Positions 49,144-62,284 of a DNA stretch of 64,000 nucleotides are shown one piece after another. The number at the start of each line of letters is the position of its first letter. The stretch's first letter is position 1. The position numbers were made by a program, and so were the translations under genes. The notes beneath the pieces are model-generated. The model saw only the letters and a program-made list of their open reading frames with translations, was not told the DNA's origin and made no database searches. Origin of the DNA: Camelus ferus (lineage: Eukaryota); NCBI RefSeq assembly GCF_009834535.1, contig NC_045697.1:94552001-94616000 (forward strand), given 5' to 3'.

Positions 49144-49595
49144 TGTTACGGAAACGACAGGCCAGGGAAGAAACAAGCACCACTCGGAGGGTTGGAGTAC
49201 TCAGATGTATTACGCCGGCGGGCTCAGAGGGGCTTCTGCTCCGAAGCTCTGAGCACCTTCAAGATGTGCACATGAGGTTTTATAGGGTAAAGTACAAGCT
49301 TGGGGTATTTGGCCAATAGGCATGGAACAGCTTTAGCAGCATTATCATCACAAAAGTGGAGGCAGGGAGGCAGCAAACCAACGTTCCAAAGCCAGATATG
49401 TATCTTTGAAAATCCAGCTGGCTAGCAAAAAACATAAACAGCAAACCAACACTAATTAACTTAGATTTACAAGTTAGTCCAGCAGAACTCAGATCAGTAT
49501 TCCAATACTTAGACTTGTTAGCTCAGCCCAGCCTCTCCTTCACATTCCTAGACTTATGAGTTATCTTGTCAGACCAGCCCAGCTTTTCCTTCACA
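49144..49595 (-). mobile_element. young ERV solo LTR (probably lineage-specific, ERV1-like)
   Basis: TG...CA ends; minus-strand TATAAAA near 49280 and a CCAAT-type site near 49310; CpG-rich R/U5 end (ACGCCGGCGGG); duplicated terminal U3 motif. Confidence 0.8.
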
Positions 49596-51809
49596 ATAAC
49601 TCACAAGCTCCTGTCCTCTTCAGTTTATTTTTTCCACCATCAATCCACAGGCTTGCAAAATAATCACTGTTGTATTTAATACTATTTGTAATTATTGATT
49701 CATGCAGTAAAATAATCTCTTATGTAATTCAAAGTACACATAAAAATTATCCTGATGAAGTACTCTTTAGCTTTTAGAACTTCACAGGAGCACTATACTC
49801 TGTTTAAAAACTTGATTCACATACAACCAACAGTTTTTGCAAAATACAAAACACTCACACACATTGACACAGGTTCATCCCTAGAGTCATTCATATAGAC
49901 ATTTAAAACTGTAACCCATTCAACCTGACCTCTAACCTCTAGTTTTTTTTGTGATGCATCTTAAACCAACAGATTCACCATCTTGTCCCAAGTTCCACAT
50001 ATTCTAAGAGTGCTTTCCTACACCAAGTCACAAGAATGTTTGCCCAGAATCTTGAAAACAAAGAAAACCCTCTCTATTCAAACAGCTACATTGCTTGAGC
50101 AAGTGAAAAGATTTGGTTCTTAGTATGTCAAATTTCAAACTTAATTAAAAAAAAATCTACTTTGTGTGCAAGTTGGGATTCATGAATGAGAGTCACATGG
50201 ATGTATATTTGAACCATAGGTGCATTTCTTGCTTGAGCTACCTGGAGTGACTTAATATCTTTAAGATTCAACTTTTTCATCAATTTCTTCAACATGAGAG
50301 TAATAACATTAACATGTAGCACTGTATGCAAAGTATCTGATGCCTAGTTTATGCTCAACAGAATTTGGTTTATTAATATTAATTAGGATCAGATTTTTAA
50401 AAATATCATTCCTTCTTTCAGATTGTTAAGTGGATAAAAACTTGGAATATTTTGTGCTGTATTTAAAATAGAACCAATCCAACCCTATTGACTCTTAAAA
50501 GTTTATTAGAATATTATCTTCCTCAAAAAGTACAATTCCTGAAATACTGAAAATTGATTTTATTATTAATGATGTATTTTACGTATTCCCCTAAAATTAA
50601 CACATTTATAATTACTTGGATAACTTAAGGGTGCTTTTGAAATATAAATATTTATGAAATATTAATGAATCATATGGATAGTTTTCATGAAAATGTTTTG
50701 TATAATCTTTCAGAAATTACTACAAAGAAACTTATATAGGTAAATTATAGATTTAATTTAATGCTAAGAACTCTGACCTGATGAAAGTAAAATATTAGGC
50801 GAAGATTTCACATCTTATTCTTTAAAAATATGGCTCAACATGCTACATTATTAATTACACCAATCCACACATAATCTCCTTATATATATCAAAAATGTTC
50901 ATATTTGTAAATAATCCATAAAAGATAATTACTGACTTTAAAAATAATACATAAAGACTTGCTAAATAAAATAAATTCAGGGTAAGTATTTAAGAGAGGG
51001 TTAAAGCATTATCCTTTATGGTAATGGAAGAGAAATAGCATTGGAATTGGGATGAGATGCTTTATAGTTCTGAATGAAGTTTTAAATTTAGTTGTCCACT
51101 CTTCATGAAATAAAATCCTGTTAAAGGTGAAGACTTAGATGCTGATTAATACATGCTGATTAATAGTTAGGCATTATTTATGATCTATTTGTATACTATT
51201 ATTTATACAGGCAGATTGGATTATAACTAGAACGCAGATAGGTTTATATTCTCTCTGCAATCTATGAAAGTCAGGATATTAATGGTTCATTGTTTACAGG
51301 GCAGCTTCTCAGGTTACATGGGCCTTACAGGCATGACTTCATTCTCCTTTCATTTCTTTGAGGAGAATAGGGTCATGTATATAATCTATTCTTATATATG
51401 ACTTTGGAATTTTAACATTTAGCATATATCTTTCCTTTACTACACCTGTGGGTATTAAAAAGTTTGCAAGAAAAAAAAGAAAGTTAGAGCCATACTCTTG
51501 AATTCCTCCTTCTTGCAACAGGAATTGCAAGCATTCATAATTGAAAAATGGAGTTCAAGGAGTCAAATTATTTAAAGGGATTAGTAGAACTAATGCAGGG
51601 ATAGAGGACTTCATGGGATAGAATATGCTGCTTTGACTAGTAAAGAAAGACTAAGGAAAGCAGCTAAAATAATGGCCACCTTTAGAAGAATGGATTAAGT
51701 TATTTACCACTACCTTCATAAGAGGAAATGTTTATTGCTACAGTTATGGATTTAAAAACACAGGCAAATGAACAAACCAACAAAACTTTAAATAAACTGA
51801 TTCCTGTCA

Positions 51810-51960
51810 TACTGAACCATGGCATCCCAGAGAACGCAATTTTGCATTCACATCTGAGAGAGTCCTGGAAGTGCCAGAGAGAAATGTTTTGCAGAGGTCA
51901 CCAATGGTTATCACTTCCACAGGCACGACCAGGGTCGGGAAATTCCAGGTCTGAAACACA
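51810..51960 (-). mobile_element. degraded MIR/MIR3
   Basis: CAGAGAGAAATGTTTTGCAGAGGTCAC...CCAGGTCTG; weak match. Confidence 0.4.
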
Positions 51961-53267
51961 AAATGCTGAAATCACAGGGCAAGAGATCAGGCAGACTTCC
52001 TTTGGAAGTCCCTACTTCATTAGCAAGTTTGTTTCATATTCAGTCTGAGATTTGGTTTGGGGATAATATGTAGATTGAACTACCAGCAGATAAGAACAAG
52101 ATTTCAGTAAAAGAAATTCCTCTGGTTACGACTTAAGCACATCTGTGCTTAGAAAAATTGGAGGATTAAAATATAGATTTTTTCTTATTTATAAGAGAAT
52201 TGCTTTTAAAGAAAGAACAATTTATGCAAGGCTAAAGGAAAAATAGAGGAAAATACGATAGGAACTCCTGTTTTTGTGGTTTTAGAAAATATTTTCTTGA
52301 TAATGAAACAGGTATATTTGCTAGTATGATTTTAATAGAAGAAACGGAAGATTGAATTGTCAGGTTAGTAAAATTGCTTAAGGCAGAAGTCTTTAGAGTT
52401 TCTTTGTTTTGTTTTTTTTTATTTTCCATCACATTTGCCTTTCCCTGTTCTAATAAATTATTTTTAAATTACTAAACATTGAATGTATAATATTCATATT
52501 TCAACATAATGCATCTAAATAATTTCTCATCTTGAGTGAACCATTTTTTATTACTTGTGCCGCAAATTCCCTAACTCCTAATTAAGTTTTCCAAAGCCAT
52601 AGCAATGCAAGTGGCCTGATTCTAGATGAATAATGTCAAGCTCAGTAAGAATTACTGAACTCTGGTATGGGTAGAATAATCTGGCACTTGTTTTATATTG
52701 TACACATCAAGAAAACTCTCAAAGGAAAATAAAGTCTAATATAATCATTATTAAACGTTTATTAGTCACAACTCAAAATCTCATTTATTGTATTGCAGCA
52801 AAGAAACACCTATTTCCCAAGCACAAACATCTTAAGTTTTGATAATTAAAGCTTTGGATGTCAATATTCCTCTAGCTAAAGGTAGCAGGAATTACGGTGC
52901 TTATCTAATAATGAAAGTGTATTTTTTTTACCATTCAATTTTCCTATTTACAACCTAAGCCACATTATTTTATATCTTTCCTTTCAAATTAACTAACTGA
53001 ATACTTTTAAACTACTGCTTTGTCACTGACTTAAAAAACATACAGAAGGAATGTTTTAAAAGATAAATTAAGTAGAATAAAACACATTGATGGCTTAGCA
53101 TTATAATTTATGAAATTATTTTGACATTTAAATATAGAAACTATATGTTTGTTTTTTTCTCTCCATCCATGATAAATGCTAAATGAGAATGAGAGAAAAA
53201 AATAACTAGGGAAACCAAAGAAATAATAAAATTCTCAGGACTGTTTATTTGATAACTCTCATAATTC

Positions 53268-53610
53268 TTTTTTTCTTCAGCTTTACTGAAATTTCATTGA
53301 AAAATAAAATTATGAGATTTTTTAAAGTGTACATCATGGTGATTTGATACCCTTATACATTGTGAAAGGATTTTTCCCATCTAGTTAACACATCCATCAC
53401 CTCATATTTATTTATCTTTTTTTCGGTGAGAACATTTAAGTTCTACGCTCTTAGCAAATTTCACTTACACAGTACAGTATTATCAACTATAGTTACCATA
53501 TTATACATTAGCTCCATAGATCTTATTCATCTCATAGCTGAAATTTTGTACCCTTTTACCAACCTCTTTCTGTCTCCTCCAACCCCCAGGCCCTGGCAGC
53601 TACTGTTTCT
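53268..53610 (-). mobile_element. L1MA9-like 3' end
   Basis: CAGCTTTACTGA...AAAGTGTACA...GTGAGAACATTTAAGTTCTAC.CTCTTAGCAAATTTCA...CCCCAGGCCCTGGCA. Confidence 0.9.
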
Positions 53611-53950
53611 TAGAATATGGGATTTCCCTTCTATGAGTCTCTTACTTCAGGGCCCCTCACGTGATCCAATAGCTCTGGTTTTCCCCAACTGGAGTGTGGT
53701 TCTTTAGGTCACAAAGATAGTGGGTTATCTTCAGAAATCTAGCCAGTCCTACAGTGATGACCTTAGCTAGCAGCTATGAAAATTATCCCAAGCAGTTTCC
53801 TTTTTACAAGTACCTACTTTGAGTTGCTCTCCAATATCTTCAGGTATTTGGGTTTTGTGGTTTTTGTTTGTTTGCCCAGAATTTATAGTTGCCACCAGCA
53901 GGAAGGTCCGTCCAATAGGAACTTCATAGCCGTATCAGGAGCAAACTCTA
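53611..53950 (-). mobile_element. old L1M 5' end
   Basis: TTGCCCAGAATTTATAGTTG...GGAAGGTCCGTCCAATAGGA resembles an antisense L1M4/L1ME 5' terminus. Confidence 0.6.
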
Positions 53951-54592
53951 CTGCCGTCAAGCTTAATGCTAGCGTTGGTATTTGACTCTAGCACAGCCCT
54001 AACTTCAGTTTCATGATTTCTGTTGTTGTTTTTGTTTGTTAGCATTTTGACCTTGTTGGTTTTCTAGATTTTACAAACTCATCAATATCATAATGCAGGT
54101 ACTTCATTATATTTCCTATATCTAAATATATTCATCAGTAGATTTCATGAATGCCTTTTCTATTATTGTACTAGGCAAGAGAAGGCATTATTTATTATCC
54201 ATGTTAACATAGATATGTGTTTTCTCCCAATATATCTAACCTACTTATATCCCCTATGTCTTCTCAACATATTTTTAATGTCAACATTCTATATCAGAAA
54301 AAAAAATTCTATAGGAGACAGGAAATAAAGGGTTAGTTCTTACTCTGCTTCATAAAATTATAAATATACTTTGAGGAAAGAGGATTTAAGTTTTAAATTC
54401 TTTGTTGAGAAAAATTACATTTTCCAGTTACAAATCTGCTCAGAGATAAAGCAAATACATTATATAAATAAAAAAAGCAAAAGGTTTGGGTGAATTTCAA
54501 AAAAATTGATCTTTATATTTCCCTTAATACAAGAATATCTATGCACTTTAACATTTGAGTGCAATAAAATTTTTTTTCTCTAAATTAACTTA

Positions 54593-54830
54593 AAAGTTAT
54601 CTGAGAAAAGCACAGATCATGATGTATCTAATACTTTTGCTTATCTTCATGAAGATTCATTTGTCTTTACATGGAAGTATTTGCGGGCAATATAAATGTC
54701 TTAACTAGAAACCTCAAGGAGAGCCAAAGTTATCTGATGAAAGCACAGATCAATGATGGAGTTGAAAATTGTTCTGACTTCCCTGAGGAATTAATGAAAT
54801 TTACATGAAAATATTTTAGGGCACCTTAAA
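54593..54830. repeat. diverged tandem duplication (copies 54593-54696 and 54726-54830)
   Basis: Manual alignment gives 74/105 columns identical with one gap; both copies start AAAGTTATCTGA..AAAGCACAGATCA. Confidence 0.85.
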
Positions 54831-55049
54831 AATAATAAAATAAGAATAACAAGAAAAGCCATTGACAAACTCACAACTTTGAACTCTTGAGATGAGTATC
54901 CCGGTTCTTTTTTTTTTTTTTTTTAACTTTATTCAGAAGAGTGAACATTTAAGGCAGTGCTCATTGTGAAGAGCATGAAATCACTTAGGTTGAAGTTATA
55001 AAAAGGGTTATCTGAGTTTGTTCTCATTCAATTCTTAATAGAGCACGAA

Positions 55050-55290
55050 TGGAAGAGTGAGTAGATTAGTAGAAAAGCCTCTGACAAATAAACAGACACA
55101 TGGGCTCTGGGCTTGCAGTTCTCTCCCAATTTTTCACTTTGAACATGCCATTTAACCTCTCTAAACCATCATTTTATTTTTAAAATTAGAACTAACAATA
55201 TCTGTTCTGCCAAATGCACAGGGTGTTTATGACACCCTAATGAGGAAATGCATGTAAATTACCAAAAGTTACAAAGAATTAGATGAATAA
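55050..55290 (+). mobile_element. MIR
   Basis: CATTTAACCTCTCTAAACC...TAAAAT...ACAGGGTGTT...AATGAG..AATGCATGTAAA. Confidence 0.7.
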
Positions 55291-55499
55291 AGACACAAGT
55301 TTGAAATATGTTTTTAGAACAGATAGAAATTAAAATTAAGCTTCGTTGTAGCTTCAGACACTTAATGCAATGTTCTGTACACATTATAGTTAATTATTCA
55401 TTATTTGATCAAACAAAACATAACTTGTATTGAACTTAAGAACCAAATTCTTCCCTTGACGTGAATCCTTTAAACAATTATATGTATATTTTTATTTTA

Positions 55500-56185
55500 A
55501 ATTTATTTTATCTACAAATATTTTAACTGCTACTATAAGTAGACTCTATACTAAACTCAGGAAAAATGAAAATGAATAACTTCATGACCTCAGCAAACTC
55601 ACAGGTTGTGGAAATTAAACACACAAGCTTATTCTGACTCATCATATTATGTCATAATTGCATAGCATAAATGCGATGGAAAAACAGATGAAAAAAGTAA
55701 TCATTCTTTCAGAGAATGTTGTAAAGTGATTAAAAGAAAAGACACTATTTGAACTGGTACTTAAATGAACAGGGGAATAAGTGACAACAGCCAAAATTTC
55801 ATAATTATAGAGAACAATTAGATAATACTTACTCTATACCAGACAACATTTTATGAGTTTTGTATTTACAAAGTGGCTTCATTCTCACAACATAAGAAGT
55901 CAGACTTAATTTTACCTAAAAAGTTAGTTTTAATCTTACCCTTTTAACAGAGGAGGAAGCTAAGCCTTATTAGGTCAGTTGGCTTTCCCAGCAGCACATG
56001 CCAGATTTGTAGCAGAGCTGGGATTCAAGCTGAAGCAATCTCTGACTACCATCCAAGTGCTTAACCTCTGTGTTCTACTGCCACATTTGAGCATGCTGAC
56101 AATTTTCACAAGTTGAAACATGGGAGTAAGCATTCCACCCCGAGGAAACAGCATGAGCACAGGCACCAAGCAATCCAAGCACAAA
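55500..56185 (-). mobile_element. L2 fragment containing a MIR (~55800-56085, minus strand)
   Basis: L2: TGCTACTATAAG...CTATTTGAACTGG, then GCATTCCA...GAGGAAACAGCATGAGCA; MIR: TTTTAACAGAGGAGGAAGCTAAG...GCAGAGCTGGGATTCAA...TCTGACT. Confidence 0.7.
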
Positions 56186-57519
56186 CAGGGACACTTACTC
56201 TAGTGAGAAACAAAGGGTGGAAGGCAGCCATGTAATACACGCCAACCATGTTCAGAGAAAGAACGAGCTAATTAAACCAACATGACTGCTTCATTTTGAT
56301 GTAGTCTGTCAGACAGGATTCATCTAAATCTCAGTTGCTTCAAGAAACAATTTATTATTATCAACATTGAGCAAGACTTCAATAGACATGTACTTTCCAC
56401 AAAAACTGAAGTAACCCTATTTGGGAAAATATTTACTTAACCTTCCCTGCTGGTGAGAATGGAGGGAGTGAGGATTGATACTATCGTGATAAGTTCAGGA
56501 TGGTCAATGTGAATCTTCTATTAATATAGGAAAAGAAAATCCCCAGGCACAAAGTGCAAACAATAGCATAATTTTCAAAAGTGAAGGAAAATTATAACAC
56601 ATTGTACATACATATATTTTATATGAGATGATTCTATCTAAAACCAATATTGTGGCATTTAATTCTTACACTTTAATAAGACATCAAAAATTATAAATCA
56701 CATCTACAGTAACCAACGTGCTTTCACACTCTATGCTTAACAGCGTTTTATATAAACAGATCAAGAAGAAAGGATTATAGATACTCAGTAGTTTCCACGG
56801 TTTTATAGTCAAGCTAATGATTTCAGGATCAAGTGAATAGTTATGAAATTTCACAGATTATTGAAAACTACAGTGGCAATGAGACATTGATTAAACATAC
56901 ACATCTGGCTGGAAACTGAATGTCAGGTTTAAAATAATAAACTATCAGTGTTTCAGTAAATCTTCAAAGATTATCTCCATTTTCTAAAGTGCAGCTTCTA
57001 GGGATTGCAAATAATGTTTTTAAAAATAAATTATGAATTGCCTAATCATTGGAAACTGCCAAGGAATAGCTTGAATCTTGTAAACATTGAAACATTCCCA
57101 AAGATGACAAACTCATGCTTTCTTTCATTGTTTTCTGGGGACAATTTCAAGGTATTTGTAACTTAATTAATTTAATACAAAATGTTATATTAGTTTACTC
57201 ATTCTATTCTTTTTTGAATATTAATGTAAAACTATATGGAAGCATCGAAACATGAGAATTTTTTATCTTCTAGTATGTCTTGGTTTAGTGAAACTGATAA
57301 TCAGATATTTGCAATGTAAAATAAGTGTTAATACAAGATTACAATGGTCGGTGGCATATACATAGACTTCAAGTTATTAATCCTAACTCAACACAAGCAG
57401 GCTAAGATACATCTTCAGAGAAAGAAAATTTAGATATGTAGGCATGGCTTAACAACTAGAGACTTCCTATTACTTATTTTCCATGAATATAGTTTAATGA
57501 TGGACCCTTAAAGGGTTTA

Positions 57520-57742
57520 ATAAGAGTGATGTGTCAGTTCACATTTATTTACTACTTTAAAATTGGTTAATGACTTTAAAACACAAGGTGGTTGTGGATA
57601 CTCACAGTAGCTGTGTGAGGCAGGCGCGACCCAGTAGTGCAGTTCAGGCTCACAGAGGATGAGACATTGCAAAAAGATGAGCAGCTGGAACGGGAACCAG
57701 GATTCTCTGATTCTTAATTTAAATCTTTTTACTCCACACATT
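57520..57742 (-). mobile_element. degraded MIR
   Basis: CACATTTATT...CTCACAGTAGCTGTGTGAGGCAGG...GGAACCAGGATTCTCTGATTC. Confidence 0.55.
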
Positions 57743-58199
57743 GTATTTTCTTCCAGGTACAGCGTAGCTAATCAAATCATCTGTGGAAAATGAGAGAAGC
57801 TGTTGTTTTTCATGCGTCTCTATCAAATGCGTAGTATCCTGCAAAAACTAGAAAAGAATACTATGGAAGTTTAGCAAAGCTATCCTAAGTAACTATTACT
57901 CCTGCTTTGGATATTTGTTGCCTGAAGACTTCACTCACCCTTCAGGGGTGTCTCACCGCTCATGGTAAAGTTCTCAAGGTTAAAGTAAAAGAGAAAATAT
58001 AAAGTCTCATTAATACTGGAAAAATTACACCGTATAGTCTCTAATGAGGCTCAGCAAAGCCCCCACAGTGTCCTTAGTGAATAAGAGGAATAACTGCTTG
58101 GTTCAAGGACAAGAGCATATGCCTATAACATCCCATAAGTTATGTATGTTCTTATCCCTATTAGAACTGCCTGCGTTTTTTTCAGTTTATGGAGAACAC

Positions 58200-58425
58200 A
58201 ACACAACACCTGTTGCCTTCTTTTCCTTTTTTAATCCTTACCATTTACCTTCCAACATACTACTTGCATATTTTGTAGCTTATACTATTTATTATATATT
58301 ATCCCTGCCCAAATATAAGTCTCCAAGGGCCAGGCTTTTTGTCTGTTATTTTTTCCCCTTGTTGCATTCCCTGTACCTAGAGCAGTGCTTGATACATAGT
58401 ATTTCTACATATTTATTTATGATAG
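58200..58425 (+). mobile_element. L2 3' end
   Basis: AATATAAGTCTCCAAGGGCCAGG...TGTCTG...CCTAGAGCAGTGCTTGATACATAGT. Confidence 0.8.
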
Positions 58426-58469
58426 TGTTATATTATTTGTAGTTATTATTTTATAGTTAATATAAATAT

Positions 58470-59184
58470 TTATGTACAAATATTTATTCTTAAATAAAAA
58501 TGCTGAGTGTGGTGAACCATGACCTGTCTTCAAGGAGTTTATAATCTTGTGGGGAAAATATGTATATAACTAATTATTATATTTTTAACTATCAATGTCC
58601 GTATAACAGAGTAACACATTTTACTTCCTTTGGGGCATCAAGAAGGTCTCACATAGGAAGTAAAACTTTTGCTGAGACTCCAAGGATTATTAATGTTAAA
58701 AGGATTGTTAATGTTAAAGATTGAAGTGGTGGTTCAGGCATAGGAAATGACATATGTCAAAGTCTTGAAGCAGAAATAAGCTGGGTGTGATCAGGAATAA
58801 AGTAAGTTTGGTGTGGTTCTCACCTAGAACCATGGGAACAAGTAAATGGAAATATGACTTGATCTGGGAACCTGTCATGTAAAATTTTGTAGGCTGTGAT
58901 AGGTATCTTTATATTTGTTATAATGGAATTATAATTAAATACATATTAGCTTTATATCAAGCACAATGGAAAACAATGTGGTAATTTCAAGGAAGAGATG
59001 TGGTTATAATCAGATTTATGCTTTATAAGATTGTTCTTTGTAGTGGAAAGAAAAATGGATTAGTATAAGACAAAAGTAGATGCAAAGAAAAGTTTTAGGT
59101 TATTTTAATAGTTTAGTATTTTAGAGTAAATAAATAGAGAGGGCTTGGCTGTGTTGCTGGCAGCAGGGATAGGATTGAGCAGAT
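58470..59184 (-). mobile_element. L2 fragment
   Basis: CTTCAAGGAGTTTATAATCT...TCAGGCATAGGAAATGACATATG...AATCAGATTTATGCTTT. Confidence 0.7.
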
Positions 59185-59520
59185 GCATTCATTCATTCAT
59201 TCATTCACTCATTCAAAAAGTTGGTTTTTAAGTATCTGCTATTTTCCATGCATTCCAGACACTGAACAGTCAGAGGTAAACAAGACCCTCATGGGGCTGG
59301 TAGTTTATTAGGCAAATCAGACATTTCAAAACACTAGTTGTTAAAAGCCTATAGAAAGAGGGACCTGCTTTTGATTGGGCTGTGAGAGTTGGCTTCTCAG
59401 GAAAGGTGACATTTTACTTCCAACCTGAAAATCAAGATGATTCTATCCAAGAAAACAACAAGAAACAGAAAGTACTAGGTAGAGATGTGTGTATAAAGAA
59501 AAATAAAACAACTTTGCATG
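59185..59520 (-). mobile_element. L2 3' end with (ATTC)n tail
   Basis: (ATTC)n at 59187-59214, then CCCTCATGGGGCT...GGCTTCTCAGGAAAGGTGACATTT. Confidence 0.8.
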
Positions 59521-60784
59521 TGAAACATGAAAATGAAAGATTATTTTAATCAACTTATTCAAATACACACACATAATTTTTTAACTAGAAAAATTCAAGG
59601 GCAAATAAATTTAAAAACTCAGACAAATATTTTTATAAGTTACTGACATTTTTTTATTGGTCACAGTGCATCTTTGAACATCTTTCATAATATAAACACA
59701 TTGTCTTTACATTTTACTTCATTGTGGACTATACATACTGGACCATAAATATGTTTAGCAAAGTGACAGTACAATTTACCTGCTCACACTGTATTCTCAG
59801 CCAATTGTTACCTTGAAAAATATAATTGAATATACTGGCTACTAATTCTGAATAAATTTCAATAGATTTTTGATCAGCTCTTATACATTGTTCTGTAAGT
59901 TCTAGTCTTTCACCTTGACAGCTCACAAACGCAACTGCCACTAGGTTTAATTACTTTTTTCCCAACATGCAGAACATTTTCTTCAGGCAGATCAACCATA
60001 AAACACTCTATAATCTTTCTGAGGAAGAGCACTGAACTGGTAGAGTTTGAGATGCCATAATAGTTTTTTTTTTCTTTATCTGGAGGTTATGTTGAATTCT
60101 GCAAAGAAACCTGAAGCTTTGCAATTCTTTTGCCCAGGAGACAGAATTGGGGGACAGTGGTGAACGTATATGTATATTAATTGTTCTTTGCTAATGTCAA
60201 AGAGGACAGTTCAACACTGAAAGGAGTATCTGAGCTGAGTTTGATCTTAGCTCTTTTTATAGATTCTCATTGATCTGGTTCTGAAGCAATTACTTGACAA
60301 GGACATAGAAAATCATAAAGGAGAAGCTCAGCTAATGACAGTATAAAGACACTTCTGATAAGTGGTCAGAAATATGATCAAGGGCGATTTGGGTTGCTTT
60401 AATCACTCTGGATGGGTTTCTGAATTGCATTAATGATGGTCCCATTCGTGTGTTATTAAGCCTCATTTTATACAGGCAAGTGCATGCCAAGAATGTAATG
60501 GCATTTAAGCCCAAAATATTAAGAGTATAATGGTTATATTTTCTACTTCTATTTTCTATTGTTTGTAACTGGCTACCAGCTTTAACATTCTCTAAATTTT
60601 GTATTCTTAATGCTTTTAGGAACAGCCTTAAGCATATGAAATCTAAGAAACAAAACTCACATAAATTAATACTACTTTTCTTATAAGTTGATCAATCAGA
60701 ATAGAATATATTAAAACCAGTATCATCATTCAATATGTAGCACTGTAATTTTGAATATCCTTAACCACAAAATCTTTATTGTTG

Positions 60785-61192
60785 CATACTAGCCAGGATA
60801 ATAATTCTTAAATGCTGCTAGAAACAGCCACAAGATCTTAGTTAATACAATAAAAGTATTTCTCACTTACATCTTAGTCCAACACATTTAAGATGCATCT
60901 ATAGTGCTGTTCTCCCTCAAGAAGGATCCAGAGATCCAGGCTACTTACCTCCATCATCTCCTGTCTTTCTCAGAATTCTCCACTGCATCCTCTGTAGTCA
61001 TCCAGGGAGCAATGACAGAAAGGAAAGAATGCATGATGGCCAAGTCTGTGAGGTAAACCTTCCTACCCACAGTTCTTTCTCTAGGTCACACAGCAAGACA
61101 GAAATCACAAGAGGACTGCAGTTATGGGATATATGTCTCCCATATACCCGAAAAGAGGAAATGGATTAGTGAGAAATCAATCTATGTCACAC
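60785..61192 (-). mobile_element. MLT1K-like LTR
   Basis: TACTAGCCAGGATA...TACAATAAAAGTATTTCTCACT...GATCCAGGCT...AAAGAGGAAATGGATT.GTGAG. Confidence 0.7.
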
Positions 61193-61249
61193 ATACTATC
61201 TCTTTAGGCAGCTTTTCCTCCTTTTTTTTAACCAAGAAAACTGGATTCC

Positions 61250-61790
61250 AGCTTATTTATTCACTCAAAGAATATTACAGTATGTCAAGGAAATACAGTT
61301 CTAAGCAATATGCCAAGTGCAAGGGAAATGACTGAATGTCGAAGAGGTCTCTTGCCCTCATGGAGCTTCTATTTTAGTGGAGGAAGACAGTAAACATGGG
61401 ACATAAAAAGTTATATAACTACAATTAGATTAACGCTCTGAAGGCAATAAGTAGGGTAGGGTAATATTTTCAAGATTCTAGAGGGGATAATATAGATGGA
61501 GGAATCTCCAACAGAATCTTTTTAAATAAAGACCTCAAGTACAAACTGATGCTGTGAAAGGAGACCAGAGACAAACACTCCAGGAAAAGGGAAAAGCAAG
61601 CACAGAAGCCTCTAAACAAGAAGACCTTGATGTGGGTAGGGTGCAAGAAACAGGTCAGTGTGGCAGAAACATAACGAGCAAGTATCAAAGAAGCAGGAGA
61701 TCTGGATGGGTAGTCAGGGAAGAAACGGGTCATTCGGAGTCTCGTAGACCACGGAGAGGTTTTTGTTTCATTCTAAATGTGACAGGATCT
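61250..61790 (-). mobile_element. L2 3' region
   Basis: TGCCCTCATGGAGCTTCTATTTTAGTGG...TCCAGGAAAAGGGAA.AGCAAG...TTCATTCTAAATGTGA. Confidence 0.85.
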
Positions 61791-62284
61791 CAGAGTCCTG
61801 GAGTCCAGTCTCACTGACCACACCTTTGGTGTACAATATTAGTTTTGCCTCAGATATCAAGGGAAAATGATTGCTCTTTCCATCTGGCAAAGTCTTTTTT
61901 TAAACTTCTTTTGCCCTGACAATATTTTTAAAGTATATTTGTTTATCATAATATACATAATATTAAAAATGGATTTTAACTTTTTAGAAACAGAATGGCC
62001 TCATCTAATGCTTTCTCTTTTATAAGACAATCTGTAGTGCTCTACAGTTTCCAGAGAGAGGGCTGTATTGAACTTTTAGGCCATCTGAAATCATACAGTG
62101 CTTTTTATATGTGAGAAGCCATTTCCTAATCTCTTACTAGAGGAGAAACATCTTACCAGCCTTTTCCCAAAATTTAGATTACACAATTACATATAAAATA
62201 AATATGTATATACTTCTATAGTATTACAGCTTTTCTTTCTACTCTGGGATTTTAAAATTTCACACCACATGTGGATTTTCTCCC

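Noticed and set aside
54736..54750. GATGAAAGCACAGAT translating to DESTD (hAT/Charlie catalytic motif)
   Set aside because: A stop follows after one more codon and the flanks do not resemble the LQLDESTD...QLL context; probably coincidental.
58044..58442. Longest ORF (132 aa)
   Set aside because: Runs through a degraded L2 3' end; the hydrophobic composition reflects T-rich DNA.
58300..58560. Oppositely oriented L2 tails as a miR-28/miR-151-type hairpin
   Set aside because: The complementary parts are ~200 bp apart, heavily diverged and in the tail-facing arrangement; no compact pre-miRNA stem is visible.
48141..58718. Short perfect or near-perfect direct duplications (48141-48175, 51139-51165, 58683-58718)
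   Set aside because: Ordinary 12-18 bp slippage duplications; not arrays and not CRISPR-like.
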